Positions 1 to 12,400 of a stretch of DNA of 64,000 bases are shown here, piece by piece; position 1 is the first letter of the stretch, and each line of letters opens with the position of its first letter. Location: the NCBI GenBank assembly GCA_011109175.1, contig RDEW01000019.1:714145-778144 (forward strand), read 5' to 3'. The notes below the pieces were generated by a model. That model ran no database searches, was not told where the DNA came from, and saw nothing but the letters and a program-made list of their open reading frames with translations. The translations under genes were made by a program, and so were the position numbers. This DNA comes from Dicyema japonicum. Taxonomy: Eukaryota > Animalia > Dicyemida.

Positions 1-240
1 TTTTTATGGATTCCAGAAAAATTAGTCATTGATGCAATGACTGATGATTTCTAAAGGAATATAGGTAGAAGATACTTTTCCACGTCTTGTTCTTGAGCAT
101 ACCGAAAATCCGACAATGTTCTCTTCTCAATAAATATATTTACCTTATCCCAATGTTAATGATTAGAAAGCGACGCTATTGTCCGGGTAAGTGCTCTCTC
201 AAGACAAACTCTAGAAATGATCCCTAGAAGTATAGTTTTA
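1..240 (-). mobile_element. Tc1/IS630-like transposase remnant (same family as 17700-18200)
   Basis: Positions 1-180 closely match 17947-18145; the longer copy shows FDNAR and NPIENAFS motifs on the minus strand. Confidence 0.55.
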
Positions 241-944
241 AAATTTTTTCATTTACGCAATTTATTAAATTTTAACAATTTCTAACATGGAAGAAATAAT
301 ATTACATGCTTTAAACATAGTTTACATATATCTGTTGATATTATAATTATTTAATTAACATTATATTTTCATTAAATATTTTTAAATAAAATTTATTTAT
401 TATTCTTTTTATAAAAATGAATTCCTTGATACTAAGCTTCATAATTTCTTATTTTGTCTTATATCCTACACTGTCATTTTTAGGAATATACGTAATATAT
501 CAGTATCCTCCATAAAATCATTAGATGACATAACTGTCATGCACGCATGAATCTACAATCAAAGGAATTTGAGATAGATTTTGAGATCCCCTAAAAGATT
601 ACAAGATACATTCAAAGTGGAAATTCGCTTGGATTTGGGATGTTATCTTTACTATAGTTTAAAGTGAAGCGGAGTGGTTGATCTACAACTCAGATAAACT
701 TGTTATTGCAAACTCGGTTTTATAAAAAGAAGCAACCAAATATGATGAAAAAGTGAACAATGCTCTGAAGTTTTTATTCTCATGTTGTTTATTGAATTTT
801 CTTGCCAATGCATTTAATCTTTATAGTTAAGAAGACAATTAATTTTAACCCCGAAGCAAGTCGTTATAGTTGCAGCTACTTATTTAGAAAAATACTGTTT
901 TTCTCATGAAAAATTATATTTAGCTTACTTGCAATGAAAATCCT

Positions 945-1220
945 TATTATTATTAGCACTTTCACGAGAGCCATAATATTTATAGCCAGCAAAAATATAA
1001 GAGATTAGTTAGGTTGCTCCAAGCTCTTCTGTTCTTTGCTAGGTCCTCAGTGAGTCCAGATCGTTACCAGATGCCAATGTTTTCTTCACGGCTTTCAGAT
1101 CGTTTTGTAGAACGACCGGAGGGTAGTTCTCGGTCTTCCACGAAAGCGTTTTACATTGGAGTAGTAATCTTCCATTGCGATATTCGGAGGGGATATCGGG
1201 TCCAACCTCACGAAAATCCT
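945..1220 (-). mobile_element. 3' end of an RTE-like non-LTR retrotransposon
   Basis: Minus strand reads (frameshifted) RPRTTLPVVLQNDLK...LAKNRRAW followed by a (TAA)n tail. Close copy at 23758-24030 and a tail-only copy at 8020-8075. Confidence 0.6.
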
Positions 1221-1740
1221 TATTCTTATTTAAAATTTAGGTCTTCTCGTTCACGTTTAAACAATGTTTTTGTAATTTGTTTCATTCAGTGAATTAAGAA
1301 CTTTTGTATAACTTCTTCCAAAAAAATTGGTCTCATCAAAACTTTTGCGCATTTTTAATTTCTCATTTCATAGCCTTCGTTCCGTTTTTCCAAACAAGAG
1401 TGAGGTAGACAAAGAAGATAGATAAATTTTAGGCCTTCATCTCGCCTTAAAAATCAAAGGGACGTCTTCCGAAAACAGAGTTCAGCTCAACGCCATTTCT
1501 AATAAAGTTTTATGTACTTTTCTTAATCGTGAATGTGTCAGGATTGGGGTCTCATTACGAATTGGATTAAAAGTCTGAGTGCCAGGTCCATGTTAATGCG
1601 GAGATCAGATTTACTATTTTGACCTTCACCTTCTTTCCTCCAGGAAGATTGCAGACAGATCTTCCTGACAAATAGCCTTAAACTAAGTCGTTAGGCGAGC
1701 TTTGAACGCTGCTGGACACCACTCTATGCTCAATCTAGTC

Positions 1741-3560
1741 AAGTGGTTCTTAACTTTTTTTAAGTTAGCGCCCCATTTGATACAATTTTGAAGCTTCAAA
1801 ATTTCAGCGCCCCGTGAAATGCCAACTGACCAAATTTTAATATTATCAAATATTACTAATTATTTTTTAAAATTAAAAAATTATTCACAGACAAAACTTT
1901 TTTTGTTATATACAGGGTTTTCCTATTTATTTTATGACTTGTCATAAAATTTGATAACTGTCAGAAAATTTAATAACTTTGTCAAAATGTTTAATAACTT
2001 TGTCAAATATTTATTGATCATTATTTATATTTATTGGATCATTAAGTCCCTATAAAAACAAATTTTAGCAAAAAATGAATTAAATGAATAGTTACAAAAA
2101 CTACTGTATCGAGGATAACCGAAAACTTATTATAAATAAATATGAAGCAGGGTTGGCTTATTCAAAAATAAGCGAAGACATCTGTATTAACTACCAGACA
2201 GTTGTTTCTATCGTCAAAAAATACAAATATAAAGGAAGTTTTGCTTTTATAATAAATAATTGTGGACGAAAAAAAACTTAATTCATCGGACATCTAATTT
2301 TTGACTAAAAGACTTGAAGAAGATGCTTCATTTATGCTAAAGAATTTACAAAATTCTTTATTTGATGTGCAAAGAAAAAATGTCTCGACAATGAATAGAC
2401 TCTATAGACATTTGGATATAGTTTAAGAAGATTCAATTTGTACCTATGGCGAGAAATTCTACAATAAATATGGAAGAAAGATATAGATATGCCAGAAACA
2501 TAATTGAAATTAATAATCAACGGCTTATTTTTATAAACGAAATGGGAGTCAATTGTTCGATGAGATCAAATTTGGAAGATCTATAAAAGGAGTTACTCCG
2601 AAAAAATGTATTAGAAATATAAAAGAAAAAAATTTCTCTATTTGTGCTGCTATTTCAGTGGACAGCCTTTTACATTACGAAATCAATTCCTCCCCTTATC
2701 GCGCAGAGACGTTCGTTGATTTTGTAATATAGCTTGATTATAAGCTTGAACGTGCAGGGAAAAAAGTATGGTTATATGTTATATTTAAGAAATGGTATTG
2801 ATATGTGACAATGCATCAATTCACATGGGCGATCAATTAAAAAATATTGTATTCGGAACTGGTATCCAATTAATTTTTAACGTGTATGAATTGTATTTTT
2901 TGCCTCTTATACTCCTCAACTTAATCCAATTGAAGAGTTTTTTTTCTGTTTGGAAAAATAACATTAAAAAGAAAAATTGTAGGAACTCTGAGGAATTAAT
3001 AAACGCAATCCGAAACATCGGAGAAATTCCATCAGATGTGTGCAATAATTTGTATAACCACATGCGGAGCTATTTAGTTAAAGCATTGGCTAATTTGAAG
3101 AATTTTAATTTACAGTTGTTTTTTTCGTGACCTTGACAAAGTTATTAAACATTTTGACAAAGTTATTAAAATTGGCTTTTTTTAATTTGACCCTTGACAT
3201 AGTTATTAAATTTTATGACAAAGTTATTAAATAAATAGGAAAACCCTGTAAAAACATTTTAGTGACTGCCTTGTGCTTGATAAGAATTTGTCCCTTTATG
3301 TCAGCTTCCACAGTTGACAGACTTCGTCTCAAATCTCCTCTATTCACAATTTGTAATTTATTTCTTTTTTTGTCAAAATACACCCAAAAAATAGAATTAA
3401 TTAGAAAAGCCCGTGTTAAAAGTACACACAAAAAAAGTAGAATTAATTTGAAAAGCACGTGATAAATGATTTATAGAACCCAATAAAAATATTTATAATA
3501 ATTAAAAAATAAAATTTCAGTGCCCCCTAATATGTTCCAACCCCCCGTTAAGAACCAGTG
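1741..3560. mobile_element. Non-autonomous hAT (Buster/Charlie-type) MITE, interrupted by a Tc1-like element
   Basis: Termini aAGTGGTTCTTAAC (1741) and GTTAAGAACCAGTG (3560). 8-bp flanks atctagtc/aactagtc (7/8 match, NNNTANNN). About 480 bp remains after removing the nested element. Confidence 0.7.
1913..3248 (+). mobile_element. Tc1/mariner-IS630 superfamily DNA transposon, degenerate transposase
   Basis: TIR CAGGGTTTTCCTATTTATTT / AAATAAATAGGAAAACCCTG with TA on both sides, and subterminal repeats TAATAACTTTGTCAAA. HTH-like N-terminus (ORF 2084), FINEMG, LICDNASIH and frameshifted YTPQLNPIEEFFSVWK motifs. Confidence 0.9.
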
Positions 3561-4530
3561 AACTAGTCTGTCTTTGCAGATGTGGCGGGAAACTACCCGA
3601 TTGCGCGACCATCTTTCGTTTTTAAGCCGGAAAACCTCGTGTCTGGGGTGTCCTTAGCCCCAACACATTCGCTCTTACAGCCAACACCAGAGTGCCTTTG
3701 GAGTCTGTTCTGGCGCTGAGAAGGCCGAGAGGTCAAAACGGGCAAAGTAAGCTGTCTTATCAGTAGATTTTTGTTTGCTCCGCTCGCAGTTGAAACCTCT
3801 GGCTTTTTTGCGCCTGAAACTGGAATTCTTGAGTGGCCTGAGGAATCGATTTTTGCACGAACAGAAGATACCTGTAAGCGCTGCTGACTATTTGTGCTAA
3901 TCTCGCTTGCCATCCTGAGATGGAATAGCCACGGGTTAAGGTGGCCGCTGTATACCTTTTTGTTCATGTTCATTTTGGGAAACGGGATTCGAGTCTGGAT
4001 AATTTCTGGACTCTACATTTCCTTTTTTGTCCAGAACTTTGATGAAGTATCTTAAGCTTATCATTTCATCCAGGCATACAAAAAAGAAGACAAGTGTTTT
4101 TATACATCATGAAATGAAGTGACATTTTGCGATAAAATCACCAACTCAACCTTCAGACCAACTAATCATTAGGTTAATACTATCCTTCATGGTATATACT
4201 ATCCTTTTTACTTGTTTTACCATCAAAGTGTCCTTCTTGTTCGCTTTCATAATTGACAAAGATCATCCACCGTTTTTATTTTTACTCCCAATTTTGGCAT
4301 AATCTTGATCCTGAGAAAGGAAATCTAATTTACGTCTAGAATAGATAACAATTTACCGAAAAACTAGTTATTATTTAGAAAATGACTAAAACTCTGAAAG
4401 TAATTATTATCAACGGAAGCTAAATGCAGCATGAGAAACTATCCGGATGCTTTTTCTTTTCTATTTCACCCTTTCGTTGCCAATTCCTCTCTGAGACGCC
4501 CCCAAATCTTTTAAAAATTACCGTCCAAAC

Positions 4531-6660
4531 CAGGGATTCTCAACGGCGGCCCCCAGGATTTTGATTTTGGTGCGGCCCGCTTAAAATTATAAAAAATTAC
4601 ATATTTTACATAATGCAGCCGGATTTAACAGTGCTTTTTCTCTTTTGTTTCTTACATTAAACTTTTTTATGGTTAAAAAATTTTTTACATATTTTTAACT
4701 ATTGTTTTTAAATTAAATATTTTTTGTATTAAATTTTAATTAATATCGCTTGTGATGTCTGGAAAACGTGTTAAAAGTAATAGAAAAATTATTCAAGAAA
4801 ATCGTGCACTTAACCCTGAATGGAAGGAACAATTTTTCGTTTTTGAAGAAAATGGCAAAGAACATTGCCTGATTTGTCATTTTGTTATACGATGTCTTAA
4901 GTTATATAATGTCGAGAGGCATTATATGAAACATTCTTTAGAATATAATTCATTTCAAGTGAATCAAGAAAAATCAAATTTCTATCTATGAAATCAAATC
5001 GCAAACTACACACCACTTTGTTTAAACAGCCCATGTCATCAAGATCGCTACAATAGCTTTTTTCAAAATATGTCATCTACTTGCAAAAAATATGAATCCG
5101 TATTCAGATGGAGAATTTATTAAGCAAGCTATCCTTATATTTACTGAAAAATGTTGTCCTTCAGAAATTAAAAAAAATGTTATAAACTTACAGCTAAGCA
5201 ATGATACAGTTACTAGGAGAATTGAGAGAATATCTGACGATATTCAATGCCAATGCCAGCTACTCACTGAATCCAACTTTTTCGTACACTATTCTATTGC
5301 TCTTGACATCACTAAAGATATTAGTGATACAGAACAAATGGCTGTGTTTATTCGAGGTGTCATGCCTGATTTCAAAATTTATGAAAAATTTCCCACACTA
5401 CGTAACTTTTATGGTTCTACTAAAGGAGCTGATATATTCTGTGAATTTCGTGATTGCCTTGAAAAGGCACATTTGGATCTTTCAAAAATGTTTTCAATTG
5501 TCACAGATGGATTTCTTTCTATGGTTGATAGAAAACTGGGTTTCAAGGTCTCTTAGCTGGATGGCGAGTAGATGATGAGTTGAGTCCTGTGATTTGGCAT
5601 CACTGCATACTACATCAAGAAAATTTAGCTGAAAATTCTATGAAAATGGACCATGTAACAGAAACGGTCATTTCAATCGTAAATTTTATTCGCTCTCGTG
5701 CTTTAAATCACCGCAATTTTAAGAAATTTCTCGAGGATGTTGATGCTGAGTATGGAGATTTGCTCATGCATAAACCGTACGATGGTTGAGTCGGGCAGTA
5801 TGTCTAAAGAGGTTGTATAAATTTTAAATAAATAGCGTTTAGATTTTATGATCTTCTCCCGGAGATTATAAATTTTATTGACAATAAGATATTCTATCTT
5901 CAGCTTACTGATAAGGAGTGGATTACGGATTTAGCATTTACGGTTGATATTTCTACACATTTGTCGATTTTGAATACTTCTCTGCAGGGTAAGAACAAAC
6001 TATGTCATAAATTATACGGACTGGTTTCTGCATTTATCGAAAAATTACACCTTTTCAAAATACAAATTGCAAGTAGAGTTACCATTCATTTTCCAATACT
6101 TTCAAACCACAGGGAAGATGGATCATATGAAAAATATACCTCTGTTGTTAGTGACTTAATCGATGAATTCGAAACGTTTTAATGATTTTAAAGAAGCCCT
6201 ACCTAACAGCTCCATATGTATATCAGCTAAAGCTAATTGAAATGCAGGCAGATTTACAACTTAGCGCGCTATTTAAGTCAAGTGAACTATTGTATTTTTA
6301 GAGTCGAATTCCAAAATGGAAATATCCGAACTTGGTCGATAATGCTAAAAAATGCATTAGTCTTCGGATCAAACGTATGCATGTGAAGCTCTTTTCAGTA
6401 AACTTACGCGAATAAAAAGTAAGTATCGAAATTGATTGACTGATGAACACCTAATTCAACTTTTACGTACATCGTCTTCGAACTTTACTCCTCGTTCGCT
6501 AAAATAGTAGACGCCAAGCAAAATCAAGTCCACATTGATTCTCTTTAGTACGTAATAAAGCCTTTTTTCTCTAATCAAATAAAATATTTTTTTGTGCGGC
6601 CCGCAAAGATACTCTTAATTATCGATTTTGCCCTTGAGCTAAAAAGGTTGAGAACCCCTG
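4531..6660 (+). mobile_element. hAT Buster/SPIN-like (GTF2IRD2/EPM2AIP1-type) transposon, full length, transposase frameshifted
   Basis: TIRs CAGGGATTCTCAAC / GTTGAGAACCCCTG with perfect 8-bp TSD GTCCAAAC. BED-like CLIC..RHY..H, PYSDGEFIK, LSNDTVTRRI, YSIALD, VTDG, HCILHQE, RWLSR and YACEALFS motifs. Confidence 0.93.
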
Positions 6661-6959
6661 GTCCAAACCATTGATAAGCTGATCCTTGGTTGTCTACAGA
6701 ATCGGGGAGCGTCTGAAGTGAAGAAATCTATCAGACCACGCTTGTTTAGATTCTTGGTCCATTCGCAATACATGTCCAAAGAGCTTCCATTATATTTCGA
6801 GCAGCTCATCCCCTCGTATATTCTTCTATTTGATATTCTCAGGGTCCATGGTAGGATAATGTTTGTTTCAAATGGACGATTATGGATGTGAATGTTTAAT
6901 ACAACAAACTCTAACTACGAAAGTGGACATGTTAGTCAGTTAGTTAAGTTACCTCGTCT

Positions 6960-7400
6960 CACCAACTTGTAGGAGACTAGCAGCTATTATATATGAGTAG
7001 TCTTTGAGCTTGGAAAAGATTAATTTTTTGGGAAGATTTGTTCCCTGTAAAAGGACGATATCAATATTGGAAATAAAAAAATACAAAAAGTTCAGTGGAT
7101 TCGTGTAAGGTCCGTTTATGTCGAATTAAATGATGCTCAGGAATTTATCTTTTTGTTGGATCCGGCAAATGAAAACATTAAAACTAGCCACAATATCCTG
7201 AAAAGTAGCCTCAGAGTAGACAGCGGCTGTAATTTTATGCCAAATTGATAAGTGAAATTGGCAAAAGCTTGCAGTTTTGAGGTTACCACTTCATTGACAT
7301 TATCAACCTCGTTTAAGTAAGAATTACCAGTCGCTTCATTTAGCAGCTTCACTTTTTCATAAAATTTTAACAAACCTGCTTTTTCAATTTTTGAGCGCAG
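6960..7400 (-). pseudogene. Alpha-kinase (eEF2K/ALPK-type) domain remnant
   Basis: KLQAFANFTYQ resembles the alpha-kinase QAFSHFTY motif. Downstream in shifted frames and in the expected order: FQ(D/G), LPDP (cf. LTDP), GTNL and a decayed H-x-(C)-N-S-C. Stops and frameshifts are present. Confidence 0.45.
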
Positions 7401-9421
7401 TTTCCGCCGTGGCGTTTTGACGAATTTGATTTTGCGTGATTTTCCAAAGAGATGTGTCAGTTAAAGAAATCTCACAGGAGATATTAAGCTGAGAAAAGCA
7501 TCGGAAATTCCAACAATGCAATAACTACATAAAACACATAAAATTACTGCAATTTTACGTGAAAAGAATTAGCATAGGGAAATATCCTTATTAATGCACG
7601 TGCTGTTGATTGAATATATTTTCCTGCTTTCTGAGTTTTCTAAAATGATTTATTCTTCAGTTATATCGATGTCAATTGTTGCGAGTTTGAACTTTGTGAG
7701 GACCGCGATGTAGCCTTTAGAGGGGGTCTCAGACCACGTAAAAATAGAATTGACTAGAATAAGGCAAAAACAATTTACAGGTAACCCTATTAAGAAGAGA
7801 TAACCGAGAACTAAAATCGAAGATATATAAGAGCTTCATAAAAACGTCATAACAACTCATTGGCAGAATACAGTCCACGAGACATGTTGGAAGGTGGTTT
7901 TGCATATCGCATTCATAGGGATATTCTAAAATATCAAAATAAAATAGTAAAGTTAATAAATTAGCAAAAAATATTATTCGCGTAAAAATTATTATTTAAG
8001 CAAAATTATTTAAAAATTGGCTGCACATGCGTGGGCTATAAATATTATGGCTCTCGTGAAAGCGCTAATAATAATATTTGAAAAATAACTACAAAATTAC
8101 CAGTAATTTGCCAAAATAATAATAAATTTTTATAGAAAGAGGATAGATCATGGAAAGATGGGCCCAAAATAAAGCAATGCTTTCCAAAATATTACCTACC
8201 AGAAGTATCTCTGAATTCGTTCTGAGAGCTTATCAAGCCTTTTAATAAATAAGTTAGATAAAAGCACTTTCGCGTTCTCCCATAAATATGTGATTACTCA
8301 AGGTTTCGCTTGTGGTAAACTCGCTACTATCCATTCTACTAGTTCCTCAATGTAGAATGGACAGAGTGAGAATACAACTAGAGAAGTGTCAGCCACTCAA
8401 AAGCATAGTTATTTTTCATAAAATAATTAATTGGCGATGCAAGAAAACGAGCTGTGGAAGAACTCAAAATATTAAAATGAATTTATTGGTAGCAGTCTGC
8501 CAGGACTATTAAAATCGGAAGCTTCATCGTCAGTCATGAGATTCCAAAAATAGGAATAGCCATTCACAGATGTTGAATACAAATCCTGTTTTCTAAAATT
8601 GTCACAATAACTATTCCAAAGTTTTACAAATAAAACAGAGATTTTAAATCAAATTAAAAATACACCGTTATCCGCAATTGTGAATAAAACGGATAAGATG
8701 TCTTGCAATGTGAAGATAAAACAAGTTGAAGACCTTAAATAGCTTCTGCAATTTCACTATTGGCGGAAGAAATGCATGGTCAATTATCTCATTAATTAGA
8801 TTAAATATAATTTGTTATATTTTATTATTTAAAAAAAGCTCTCCAATTTTTTAATTGCCAAAAAACCAAAAATTGGCTCTTTAGCTTAAAAGGTTACAGC
8901 AGAATAATACTACAGTTTACGAAGAGCCATATTATCAATAGCTATTGCCAGACAGGAGACACAGAATTTATTTAAGGAAAGAACAGTAATGATAACTAAT
9001 CTATAAGGGAGAATAAGGAATTCACTTCACTTATGTCTTCTTTTTGTTGTGTAAGTCTTTTTGTAGAAGATTCAGTTCCAAAATAAGATGTTCACTGATA
9101 ACGGCGGATTCGTCAACCGAAAAGATAGTTAACGAAACAAAAATTGTGCAATTTTATCATTTTTAAGTGAATACAAGATAAATGCGAAAAGTAAAAGTTT
9201 AGAAAAGTAGAACAGAATTACAGTAGAAAACAGACGATGTAATGAACGTAAATTATAATAATTAAGGAAACATAAAATTAGAGAAATATAGACAAAGAAA
9301 GACATCAATGAATGTTTTTTTAAAAAAAGATCGATAAAGAAAAATATACTGATGTATTAATTTTGAAAAATTAAGTTTAGTTAAACTTATATTCTAACGA
9401 AAAGAAACTAATTAATTATTG

Positions 9422-12400
9422 TTAATTATGAATTTCGATGTCGATTGTATCGCTTTGCTGATCATTATCAATAGCTTCTATAGATTCTTCATCGATGGTT
9501 GAAGGTAAATTTGAACATACATTTATTGAATGAACGACATGGTCCGATTGATTTTCTTCATCGGAGGAAAAAAGGTTTAATTGAAATTTCAAAATTTACT
9601 TCGACATTCTCATTATAAGAAGACGTATTAAAATCATTTTCATCTATTGTAATCCCAGATGTTTGTTCAATTTGATTTTCAATTAATGTAGTCATGTTCA
9701 TATCAGAAATAAATTTATCTCCAGAGTTATTATATTGATTTGAATCACTGATATCGTCATCATAACATTTTTACCTTGTTTTTAGTGCATTATCGTTTGT
9801 TGTACTGTATTGTTGATTAAATCGCTCATTTGATTCTTGGCTGATGATGAAGGGTATAATTGATGGACAGTTAATATAAGAGTGATTTTTTTCAAATGTT
9901 GATGTTTCGATAAATTGTTCTTCACCAGTTTCTTCTAAATTTTCATAATAGCCTGATATTTTATGTGCATTAATTTCGTCAGTTTCATTATTTTGAAAAT
10001 CATTTAGTGTAGTCATTTTCAGATCAGAAATAACTTTATCTCCAGAGTTATTAAATTCATTTGAATCACTGATATCGTCATCATAACATTTTTACCTTGT
10101 TTTTAGTGCATTATCGTTTGTTGTACTGTATTGTTTAATAAATCGCTCATTAGATTCTTGGCTGATGATGAAGGGTATAATTGATGGACAGTTAATATAA
10201 GAGTGATTTTTTTCAAATGTTGATGTTTCGATAAATTGTTCTTCACCAGTTTCTTCTAAATTTTCATAATTGCCTGATATTTTATGTGCATTAATTTCGT
10301 CAGTTTCATTATTTTGAAAATCATTTAGTGTAGTCAATTTTCAGATCAGAAATAACTTTATCTCCAGAGTTATTATTTGATTTGAATCACTGATATCGTC
10401 ATCATAACATTTTTACCTTGTTTTAGTGCATTATCGTTTGTTGTACTGTATTGTTTAATAAATCGCTCATTAGATTCTTGGCTGATGATGAAGGGTATAA
10501 TTGATGGACAGTTAATATAAGAGTGATTTTTTTCAAATGTTGATGTTTCGATAAATTGTTCTTCACCAGTTTCTTCTAAATTCTCATAATTGCCTGATAT
10601 TTTATGTGCATTAATTTCGTCAGTTTCATTATTTTGAAAATCATTTAATGTAGTCATTTTCAGATCAGAAATAACTTTATCTCCAGAGTTATTAGTTTGA
10701 TTTGAATCACTGATATCGTCATCATAACATTTTTACCTTGTTTTTAGTGCATTATCGTTTGTTGTACTGTATTGTTTAATAAATCGCTCATTAGATTCTT
10801 GGCTGATGATGAAGGGTATAATTGATGGACAGTTAATATAAGAGTGATTTTTTTCAAATGTTGATGTTTCGATAAATTGTTCTTCACCAGTTTCTTCTAA
10901 ATTCTCATAATTGCCTGATATTTTATGTGCATTAATTTCGTCAGTTTCATTATTTTGAAAATCATTTATGTAGTCATTTTCAGATCAGAAATAACTTTAT
11001 CTCCAGAGTTATTAGTTTGATTTGAATCACTGATATCGTCATCATAACATTTTTACCTTGTTTTTAGTGCATTATCGTTTGTTGTACTGTATTGTTTAAT
11101 AAATCGCTCATTAGATTCTTGGCTGATGATGAAGGGTATAATTGATGGACAGTTAATATAAGAGTGATTTTTTTCAAATGTTGATGTTTCGATAAATTGT
11201 TCTTCACCAGTTTCTTCTAAATTCTCATAATTGCCTGATATTTTATGTGCATTAATTTCGTCAGTTTCATTATTTTGAAAATCATTTAATGTAGTCATTT
11301 TCAGATCAGAAATAACTTTATCTCCAGAGTTATTAGTTTGATTTGAATCACTGATATCGTCATCATAACATTTTTACCTTGTTTTTAGTGCATTATCGTT
11401 TGTTGTACTGTATTGTTTAATAAATCGCTCATTAGATTCTTGGCTGATGATGAAGGGTATAATTGATGGACAGTTAATATAAGAGTGATTTTTTTTCAAA
11501 TGTTGATGTTTCGATAAATTGTTCTTCACCAGTTTCTTCTAAATTCTCATAATTGCCTGATATTTTATGTGCATTAATTTCGTCAGTTTCATTATTTTGA
11601 AAATCATTTATGTAGTCATTTTCAGATCAGAAATAACTTTATCTCCAGAGTTATTAGTTTGATTTGAATCACTGATATCGTCATCATAACATTTTTACCT
11701 TGTTTTTAGTGCATTATCGTTTGTTGTACTGTATTGTTTAATAAATCGCTCATTAGATTCTTGGCTGATGATGAAGGGTATAATTGATGGACAGTTAATA
11801 TAAGAGTGATTTTTTTCAAATGTTGATGTTTCGATAAATTGTTCTTCACCAGTTTCTTCTAAATTCTCATAATTGCCTGATATTTTATGTGCATTAATTT
11901 CGTCAGTTTCATTATTTGAAAATCATTTAATGTAGTCATTTTCAGATCAGAAATAACTTTATCTCCAGAGTTATTAGTTTGATTTGAATCACTGATATCG
12001 TCATCATAACATTTTTACCTTGTTTTTAGTGCATTATCGTTTGTTGTACTGTATTGTTTAATAAATCGCTCATTAGATTCTTGGCTGATGATGAAGGGTA
12101 TAATTGATGGACAGTTAATATAAGAGTGATTTTTTTCAAATGTTGATGTTTCGATAAATTGTTCTTCACCAGTTTCTTCTAAATTCTCATAATTGCCTGA
12201 TATTTTATGTGCATTAATTTCGTCAGTTTCATTATTTGAAAATCATTTAGTGTAGTCATTTTCAGATCAGAAATAACTTTATCTCCAGAGTTATTAGTTT
12301 GATTTGAATCACTGATATCGTCATCATAACATTTTTACCTTGTTTTTAGTGCATTATCGTTTGTTGTACTGTATTGTTTAATAAATCGCTCATTAGATTC

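Noticed and set aside
3593-3973. 126-aa minus-strand ORF
   Set aside because: Low-complexity Ser/Arg/Lys sequence with no motif; probably degenerate retroelement sequence, unassignable.
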